Part shown: one piece after another, positions 1-9,247 of the stretch
Numbering within the stretch: position 1 is the first letter of the stretch
Layout of the letters: every line of letters begins with the position of its first letter
NCBI RefSeq assembly: GCF_009914755.1
Contig: NC_060934.1
DNA: 64,000 bases
Strand: one strand, 5' to 3'
From: the human T2T-CHM13v2.0 reference genome, Homo sapiens
Made by a program: the position numbers and the translations under genes
The notes under the pieces: generated by a model
The model's input: only the letters and a program-made list of their open reading frames with translations
Databases searched by the model: none
What the model was told of the DNA's origin: nothing

Positions 1-44
1 CTGTTTGTAAAGCCTGCAAGTGCTTTTTTGGACTTCATTGAGGC

Positions 45-61
45 CTTCGTTGGAAACGGGA
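45..61 (+). promoter_or_regulatory. CENP-B box (first of a series, one box position per dimer; next at 385, 724, 1062)
   Basis: CTTCGTTGGAAACGGGA matches the consensus YTTCGTTGGAARCGGGA. Dimer A carries the GGAAGCGGGA form. Confidence 0.97.
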
Positions 62-86
62 TTTCTTCATATAATGCAAGACGGAA

Positions 87-1443
87 GAATTCTCAGTCAC
101 TTCTTTGTGTTGTGTGTATTCAAGTCACAGAGTTGAACCTTCCTTTAGACAGAGTAGTTTTGAAAAATTCTTTCTGTGGAGTTTGCAAGTGGAGATTTCA
201 AGCGATTTGAGGCTAATCTTTGAAATGGAAATATCTTCGTGTAAAAACTACACAGAAGCATTCTCAGAAACTGCTTTGTCATCTGTGCGTTCAGTTCACA
301 GAATTTCACCTTTCTCTTCATAGAGCAGTTTGGAAAGACTCTGTCTTTAAAGTCTGCAAGTGATTAGTTAGACCCCTTTGAGGCCTTCGTTGGAAGCGGG
401 ATTTCTCATTTACTGCTAGACAGAAGAATTCTCAGTAAATCCTTTGTGTTGTGTGTATTCAACTCACAGAGTGGAACCTTCCTTTATTCAGAGCAGTTTT
501 GAAAAACACTTTTTGTGGAATTTGCAAGTGGAGATTTCAAGCGATTTGACGCCAATCTTAGACATGGAAATATCTTCATATTAAAAGTACACAGAGTCAT
601 TCGTAGAAACTGGTTTGTGATGTGTGCCTTCAACTCACAGAGTTTAACCTTTCTTTTCATAGAGCAGTTTGGAAACACTCTATTTGTAAAGTCTGCAAGT
701 GGATATTTGGACCTCTTTGAGGCCTTCGTTGGAAACGGGATTTCTTCATATAACGCTAGACAGAAGAATTCTCAGTAACTTCATTGTGTTGTGTGTATTC
801 AACTCACCGAGTTGAACCTTTCTTTAGAGAGAGCAGAGTTGAAACACTCTTCTTGTGGAATTTGCTAGTGCAGATTTCAAACGCTTCGAAGACAGTGATA
901 GAAAAGGATATATCTTCGTATTAAAACTAGACAAAATCATTCTCAGAAAACACTTTGTGATGTGTGTGTTCAACTCACAGAGTTTAACCTTTCTTTAATC
1001 GAGCAGTTTGGAAATACACTCTTTGTAAGTCTGCAGGTGGATAATTGGCCCTCTTTGAGCCCTTCGTTGGAAACGGGATTTCCTCATATAATGCTAGACA
1101 GAAGAATTCTCAGTAACTTCTTTGTGTTGTTTGTATTCAACTCACAGATTTGAACCTTCCTTTAGAGAGAGCAGATTTGAAACACTCTGTTTTTGGAATT
1201 TGCAAGTGCAGATTTCAAGCGCTTCTAGGCCTATGGCAGAAAAGGAAATATCTTCGTATAAAAACTACACAGAATCATTCTCCACAACTACTTTGTGATG
1301 TGTGCGTTCAACTCACAGAGTTTAACCTTTCTTTTCTTAGAGCAGTTTGGAAACACTCTGTTTGTAAAGCCTGCAAGTGCTTTTTTGGACTTCATTGAGG
1401 CCTTCGTTGGAAACGGGAGTTCTTCATATAATGCTAGACAGAA
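87..1443 (+). repeat. Canonical 8-mer HOR unit, 1357 bp: dimers A 87-425, B 426-765, C 766-1103, D 1104-1443
   Basis: Diagnostic words: A GCTAATCTTTGAAATGG and GATTAGTTAGACCCC; B GACGCCAATCTTAGACATGG; C CGCTTCGAAGACAGTGATAG and TTAATCGAGC; D CTAGGCCTATGGCAG and GCTTTTTTGGACTTCATTG. Dimer A restarts at 1444. Confidence 0.95.
1231..1247 (+). promoter_or_regulatory. pJalpha-like (A-box) motif at the equivalent position of the alternate monomer, in dimers D and E
   Basis: CTATGGCAGAAAAGGAA resembles the A-type monomer box. The equivalents in dimers A, B and C are more degenerate. Confidence 0.6.
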
Positions 1444-2122
1444 GAATTCTCAGTCACTTCTTTGTGTTGTGTGTATTCAAGTCACAGAGGTGAACCTTCT
1501 TTTAGACAGAGCAGTTTTGAAAAATTCTTTCTGTGGAATTTGCAATTGGAGATTTTAAGCGATTTGAGGCTAATCTTTGAAATGGAAATATCTTCGTGTC
1601 AAAACTACACAGAATCATTCTCAGAAACTGCTTTGTTATCTGTCCGTTCAGTTCAGAGAGTTTCACCTTTCTCTTCATAGAGCAGTTTGGAAAGACTCTG
1701 TCTGTAAAGTCTGCAAGTGATTAGTTAGACCCCTTTGAGGCCTTCGTTGGAAGCGGGATTTCTCATTTACTGCTAGACAGAAGAATTCTCAGTAAATCCT
1801 TTGTGTTGTGTGTATTCAACTCACAGAGTGGAACCTTCCTTTATTCAGAGCAGTTTTGAAAAACACTTTTTGTGGAATTTGCAAGTGGAGATTTCAAGCG
1901 ATTTGACGCCAATCTTAGACATGGAAAAATCTTCATATTAAAAGTACACAGAGTCATTCGTAGAAACTAGTTTGTGATGTGTGCCTTCAACTCACAGAGT
2001 TTAACCTTTCTTTTCATAGAGCAGTTGGGAAACACTCTATTTGTAAAGTCTGCAAGTGGATATTTGGACCTCTTTGAGGCCTTCGTTGGAAACGGGATTT
2101 CTTCATATAACGCTAGACAGAA

Positions 2123-4499
2123 GAATTCTCAGTAACTTCTTTGTGTTGTGTGTATTCAACTCACAGAGTTGAACCTTTCTTTAGAGGGAGCAGAGGTGAA
2201 ACAGTCTTTTTGTGGAATTTGCTAGTGTAGATTTCAAACGCTTCGAAGTCAGTGATAGAAAAGGATATATCTTCGTATTAAAAGTAGACAAAATCATTCT
2301 CAGAAAACTCTTTGTGATGTGTGTGTTCAACTCACAGAGTTTAACCTTTCTTTAATCGAGCAGTTTGGAAATACACTCTTTGTAAGTCTGCAGGTGGATA
2401 TTTGGCCCTCTTTGAGCCCTTCTTTCGAAACGGGATTTCCTCTTATAATGCTAGACAGAAGAATTCTCAGTAACTTCTCTGTGTTGTTTGTATTCAACTC
2501 ACAGATTTGAACCTTCCTTTAGAGAGAGCAGATTTGAAACATTCTGTTTTTGGAATTTGCAAGTGCAGATTTCAAGCACTTCTAGGCCTATGGCAGAAAA
2601 GGAAATATCTTCGTATAAAAACTACACAGAATCATTCTCAACAACTACTTTGTGATGTGTGCGTTCAACTCACAGAGTTTAACCTTTCTTTTCATAGAGC
2701 AGTTTGGAAACACTCTGTTTGTAAAGCCTGCAAGTGCTTTTTTGGACTTCATTGAGGCCTTCTTTGGAAACGGGATTTCTTCATACAACGCTAGACAGAA
2801 GAATTCTCAGTAACTTCTTTGTGTTGTGTGTATTCAACTCACAGAGTTGAACCTTTCTTTAGAGAGAGCAGAGTTGAAACACTCTGTTTTTGGAATTTGC
2901 AAGTGCAGATTTCAAGCGATTCTAGGCCTATGGCAGAAAAGGTAATATCTTCGTATAAAAACTACACAGAATCATTCTCAACAACTACTTTGTGATGTGT
3001 GCGTTCAACTCACAGAGTTTAACCTTTCTTTTCATAGAGCAGTTTGGAAACACTCTGTTTGTAAAGCCTGCAAGTGCTTTTTTGGACTTCATTGAGGCCT
3101 TCGTTGGAAACGGGATTTCTTCATATAATGCTAGACAGAAGAATTCTCAGTCACTTCTTTGTGTTGTGAGTATTCAAGTCACAGAGTTGAACCTTCCTTT
3201 AGACAGAGCAGTTTTGAAAAATTCTTTCTGTGGAGTTTGCAAGTGGAGATTTCAAGCGATTTGAGGCTAATCTTTGAAATGGAAATATCTTCGTGTAAAA
3301 ACTATACAGAAGCATTCTCAGAAACTGCTTTGTCATCTGTGCGTTCAGTTCACAGAATTTCACCTTTCTCTTCATAGAGCAGTTTGGAAAGACTCTGTCT
3401 CTAAAGTCTGCAAGTGATTAGTTAGACCCCTTTGAGGCCTTCGTTGGAAGCGGGATTTCTCATTTACTGCTAGACAGAAGAATTCTCAGTAAATCCTTTG
3501 TGTTGTGTGTATTCAACTCACAGAGTGGAACCTTCCTTTATTCAGAGCAGTTTTGAAAAACACTTTTTGTGGAATTTGCAAGTGGAGATTTCAAGCGATT
3601 TGATGCCAATCTTAGACATGGAAATATCTTCATATTAAAAGTACACAGAGTCATTCGTAGAAACTAGTTTGTGATGTGTGCCTTCAACTCACAGAGTTTA
3701 ACCTTTCTTTTCATAGAGCAGTTGGGAAACACTCTGTTTGTAAAGTCTGCAAGTGGATATTTGGACCTCTTTGAGGCCTTCGTTGGAAATGGGATTTCTT
3801 CATACAACACTAGACAGAAGAATTCTCAGTAACTTCTTTGTGTTGTGTGTATTCAACTCACAGAGTTGAACCTTTCTTTAGAGAGAGCAGAGTTGAAACA
3901 CTCTGTTTTTGGAATTTGCAAGTGCAGATTTCAAGCGATTCTAGGCCTATGGCAGGAAAGGAAATATCTTCGTATAAAAACTACACAGAATCATTCTCAA
4001 CAACTACTTTGTGATGTGTGCGTTCAACTCACAAAGTTTAACCTTTCTTTTCATAGAGCAGTTTGGAAACACGCTGTTTGTAAAGCCTGCAAGTGCTTTT
4101 TTGGACTTCATTGAGGCCTTCGTTGGAAACGGGATTTCTTCATATAATGCTAGACAGAAGAATTCTCAGTAAATCATTTGTGTTGCGTTTATTCAACTCA
4201 CAGAGTGGAACCTTCCTTTATTCAGAGCAGTTTTGAAACACTCTTTTTGTGGAATTTGCAAGTGGAGATTTCAAGCGATTTGACGCCAATCTTAGACATG
4301 GAAATATCTTCATATTAAAAGTACACAGAATCATTCGTAGAAACTAGTTTGTGATGTGTGCCTTCAACTCACAGAGTTTAACCTTTCTTTTCATAGAGCA
4401 GTTCGGAAACACTCTATTTGTAAAGTCTGCAAGTGGATATTTGGACCTCTTTGAGGCCATCGTTGGAAAAGGGATTTCTTCATATAACGCTAGACAGAA
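2123..4499 (+). repeat. 14-mer HOR variant C*-D-E-A-B-E-B (2377 bp); others at 20786-23158, 50983-53355, 60142-62514 (2373 bp)
   Basis: Spacing of the dimer-C marker ORF (2319 to 4696, etc.) and direct reading of dimer order. Confidence 0.9.
2801..3140 (+). repeat. Hybrid dimer E (C-type head joined to D-type body); about 24 full copies plus a partial copy at 63872-64000
   Basis: Begins like C (GAGTTGAACCTTTCTTTAGAGAGAGCAGAGTTG), continues like D (GTTTTTGGAATTTGCAAGTGCAG...CTAGGCCTATGG), and has the characteristic allele GCGATTCT. Confidence 0.9.
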
Positions 4500-5854
4500 G
4501 AATTTTCAGTAACTTCTTTGTGTTGTGTGTATTCAACTCACAGAGTTCAACTTTTCTTTAGAGAGAGCAGAGTTGAAACACTCTTTTTGTGGAATTTGCT
4601 AGTGCAGATTTCAAACGCTTCGAAGACAGTGATAGCAAAGGATATATCTTCGTATTAAAACTAGACAAAATCATTCTCAGAAAACACTTTGTGATGTGTG
4701 TGTTCAACTCACACAGTTTAACCTTTCTTTAATCGAGCAGTTTGGAAATACACTCTTTGTAAGTCTGCAGGTGGATAATTGGCCCTCTTTGAGCCCTTCG
4801 TTGGAAACGGGATTTCCTCATATAATGCTAGACAGAAGAATTCTCAGTAACTTCTTTGTGTTGTTTGTATTCAACTCACAGATTTGAACCTTCCTTTAGA
4901 GAGAGCAGATTTGAAACACTCTGTTTTTGGAATTTGCAAGTGCAGATTTCAAGCGCTTCTAGGCCTATGGCAGAAAAGGAAATATCTTCGTATAAAAACT
5001 ACACAGAATCATTCTCAACAACTACTTTGTGATGTGTGCGTTCAACTCCCAGAGTTTAACCTTTCTTTTCATAGAGCAGTTTGGAAACACTCTGTTTGTA
5101 AAGCCTGCAAGTGCTTTTTTGGACTTCATTGAGGCCTTCGTTGGAAACGGGATTTCTTCATATAATGCTAGACAGAAGAATTCTCAGTCACTTCTTTGTG
5201 TTGTGTGTATTCAAGTCACAGAGTTGAACCTTCCTTTAGACAGAGTAGTTTTGAAAAATTCTTTCTGTGGAGTTTGCAAGTGGAGATTTCAAGCGATTTG
5301 AGGCTAATCTTTGAAATGGAAATATCTTCGTGTAAAAACTATACAGAAGCATTCTCAGAAACTGCTTTGTCATCTGTGCGTTCAGTTCACAGAGTTTCAC
5401 CTTTCTCTTCATAGAGCAGTTTGGAAAGACTCTGTCTCTAAAGTCTGCAAGTGATTAGTTAGACCCCTTTGAGGCCTTCGTTGGAAGCGGGATTTCTCAT
5501 TTACTGCTAGAAAGAAGAATTCTCAGTAAATCCTTTGTGTTGTGTGTATTCAACTCACAGAGTGGAACCTTCCTTTATTCAGAGCAGTTTTGAAACACTC
5601 TTCTTGTGGAATTTGCAAGTGGAGATTTCAAGTGATTTGACGCCAATCTTAGACATGGAAATATCTTCATATTAAAAGTACACAGAGTCATTCGTAGAAA
5701 CTAGTTTGTGATGTGTGCCTTCAACTCACAGTTTAACCTTTCTTTTCATAGAGCAGTTGGGAAACACTCTATTTGTAAAGTCTGCAAGTGGATATTTGGA
5801 CCTCTTTGAGGCCTTCGTTGGAAACGGGATTTCTTCATATAACGCTAGACAGAA

Positions 5855-7890
5855 GAATTCTCAGTAACTTCTTTGTGTTGTGTGTATTCAACTCACCGAG
5901 CTGAACCTTTCTTTAGAGAGAGCAGAGTTGAAACACTCTTCTTGTGGAATTTGCTAGTGTAGATTTCAAACGCTTCAAAGACAGTGATAGAAAAGGATAT
6001 ATCTTCGTATTAAAACTAGACAAAATCATTCTCAGAAAACACTTTGTGATGTGTGTGTTCAACTCACAGAGTTTAACCTTTCTTTAATCGAGCAGTTTGG
6101 AAATACACTCTTTGTAAGTCTGCAGGTGGATAATTGGCCCTCTTTGAGCCCTTCGTTGGAAACGGGATTTCCTCATATAATGCTAGACAGAAGAATTCTC
6201 AGAAACTTCTTTGTGTTGTTTGTATTCAACTCACAGATTTGAACCTTCCTTTAGAGAGAGCAGATTTGAAACACTCTGTTTTTGGAATTTGCAAGTGCAG
6301 ATTTAAAGCGCTTATAGGCCTATGGCAGAAAAGGAAATATCTTCGTATAAAAACTACACAGAATCATTCTCAACAACTACTTTGTGATGTGTGCGTTCAA
6401 CTCACAGAGTTTAACCTTTCTTTTCATAGAGCAGTTTGGAAACACTCTGTTTGTAAAGCCTGCAAGTGCTTTTTTGACTTCATTGAGGCCTTCGTTGGAA
6501 ACGGGATTTCTTCATATAATGCTAGACAGAAGAATTCTCAGTCACTTCTTTGTGTTGTGTGTATTCAAGTCACAGAGTTGAACCTTCTTTTAGACAGAGC
6601 AGTTTTGAAAAATTCTTTCTGTGGAATTTGCAAGTGGAGATTTCAAGCGACTTGAGGCTAATCTTTGAAATGGAAATATCTTCGTGTAAAAACTACACAG
6701 AATCATTCTCAGAAACTGCTTTGTTATCTGTCCGTTCAGTTCAGAGAGTTTCACCTTTCTCTTCATAGAGCAGTTTGGAAAGACTCTGTCTCTAAAGTCT
6801 GCAAGTGATTAGTTAGACCCCTTTGAGGCCTTCGTTGGAAGCGGGATTTCTCATTTACTGCTAGACAGAAGAATTCTCAGTAAATCCTTTGTGTTGTGTG
6901 TATTCAACTCACAGAGTGGAACCTTCCTTTATTCAGAGCAGTTTTGAAAAACACTTTTTGTGGAATTTGCAAGTGGAGATTTCAAGCGATTTGATGCCAA
7001 TCTTAGACATGGAAATATCTTCATATTAAAAGTACACAGAGTCATTCGTAGAAACTAGTTTGTGATGTGTGCCTTCAACTCACAGAGTTTAACCTTTCTT
7101 TTCATAGAGCAGTTGGGAAACACTCTGTTTGTAAAGTCTGCAAGTGGATATTTGGACCTCTTTGAGGCCTTCGTTGGAAATGGGATTTCTTCATACAACA
7201 CTAGACAGAAGAATTCTCAGTAACTTCTTTGTGTTGTGTGTATTCAACTCACAGAGTTGAACCTTTCTTTAGAGAGAGCAGAGTTGAAACACTCTGTTTT
7301 TGGAATTTGCAAGTGCAGATTTCAAGCGATTCTAGGCCTATGGCAGGAAAGGAAATATCTTCGTATAAAAACTACACAGAATCATTCTCAACAACTACTT
7401 TGTGATGTGTGCGTTCAACTCACAAAGTTTAACCTTTCTTTTCATAGAGCAGTTTGGAAACACGCTGTTTGTAAAGCCTGCAAGTGCTTTTTTGGACTTC
7501 ATTGAGGCCTTCGTTGGAAACGGGATTTCTTCATATAATGCTAGACAGAAGAATTCTCAGTAAATCATTTGTGTTGCGTTTATTCAACTCACAGAGTGGA
7601 ACCTTCCTTTATTCAGAGCAGTTTTGAAACACTCTTTTTGTGGAATTTGCAAGTGGAGATTTCAAGCGATTTGACGCCAATCTTAGACATGGAAATATCT
7701 TCATATTAAAAGTACACAGAATCATTCGTAGAAACTAGTTTGTGATGTGTGCCTTCAACTCACAGAGTTTAACCTTTCTTTTCATAGAGCAGTTCGGAAA
7801 CACTCTATTTGTAAAGTCTGCAAGTGGATATTTGGACCTCTTTGAGGCCATCGTTGGAAAAGGGATTTCTTCATATAACGCTAGACAGAA
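5855..7890 (+). repeat. 12-mer HOR variant C-D-A-B-E-B (2036-2037 bp); others start at 17392, 23159, 25196, 29943, 35034, 37071, 40463, 45554, 48946, 53356, 56748
   Basis: C-marker spacing of 2036/2037 bp occurs 12 times, with an E dimer between two B dimers. Confidence 0.9.
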
Positions 7891-9247
7891 GAATTTTCAG
7901 TAACTTCTTTGTGTTGTGTGTATTCAACTCACAGAGTTCAACTTTTCTTTAGAGAGAGCAGAGTTGAAACACTCTTTTTGTGGAATTTGCTAGTGCAGAT
8001 TTCAAAGGCTTCGAAGACAGTGATAGCAAAGGATATATCTTCGTATTAAAACTAGACAAAATCATTCTCAGAAAACACTTTGTGATGTGTGTGTTCAACT
8101 CACACAGTTTAACCTTTCTTTAATCGAGCAGTTTGGAAATACACTCTTTGTAAGTCTGCAGGTGGATAATTGGCCCTCTTTGAGCCCTTCGTTGGAAACG
8201 GGATTTCCTCATATAATGCTAGACAGAAGAATTCTCAGTAACTTCTTTGTGTTGTTTGTATTCAACTCACAGATTTGAACCTTCCTTTAGAGAGAGCAGA
8301 TTTGAAACACTCTGTTTTTGGAATTTGCAAGTGCAGATTTCAAGCGCTTCTAGGCCTATGGCAGAAAAGGAAATATCTTCGTATAAAAACTACACAGAAT
8401 CATTCTCAACAACTACTTTGTGATGTGTGCGTTCAACTCCCAGAGTTTAACCTTTCTTTTCATAGAGCAGTTTGGAAACACTCTGTTTGTAAAGCCTGCA
8501 AGTGCTTTTTTGGACTTCATTGAGGCCTTCGTTGGAAACGGGATTTCTTCATATAATGCTAGACAGAAGAATTCTCAGTCACTTCTTTGTGTTGTGTGTA
8601 TTCAAGTCACAGAGTTGAACCTTCCTTTAGACAGAGTAGTTTTGAAAAATTCTTTCTGTGGAGTTTGCAAGTGGAGATTTCAAGCGATTTGAGGCTAATC
8701 TTTGAAATGGAAATATCTTCGTGTAAAAACTATACAGAAGCATTCTCAGAAACTGCTTTGTCATCTGTGCGTTCAGTTCACAGAGTTTCACCTTTCTCTT
8801 CATAGAGCAGTTTGGAAAGACTCTGTCTCTAAAGTCTGCAAGTGATTAGTTAGACCCCTTTGAGGCCTTCGTTGGAAGCGGGATTTCTCATTTACTGCTA
8901 GAAAGAAGAATTCTCAGTAAATCCTTTGTGTTGTGTGTATTCAACTCACAGAGTGGAACCTTCCTTTATTCAGAGCAGTTTTGAAACACTCTTTTTGTGG
9001 AATTTGCAAGTGGAGATTTCAAGCGATTTGACGCCAATCTTAGACATGGAAATATCTTCATATTAAAAGTACACAGAATCATTCGTAGAAACTAGTTTGT
9101 GATGTGTGCCTTCAACTCACAGAGTTTAACCTTTCTTTTCATAGAGCAGTTCGGAAACATTCTATTTGTAAAGTCTGCAAGTGGATATTTGGACCTCTTT
9201 GAGGCCTTCGTTGGAAAAGGGATTTCTTCATATAACACTAGACAGAA

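Noticed and set aside
84-96. Short palindromes (AGAATTCT, AGGCCT, TTTCGAAA) as terminators or cruciforms
   Set aside because: They are only 6-8 bp and are ordinary alphoid consensus features, with no support for a special structure from sequence alone.
2419-2435. TTCG re-created inside the C* box (CTTCTTTCGAAACGGGA) as a possible rescued CENP-B site
   Set aside because: The TTCG is shifted 4 bp toward CGGG, so the required spacing is not met.
6134-6655. Longest ORF, 173 aa (also the 147-aa ORFs at 21315, 33866, 44386, 51512, 60671)
   Set aside because: These arise from a stop-removing SNV (TAA lost) and, at 6134, a 1-bp deletion. The products are internally repetitive satellite translations.
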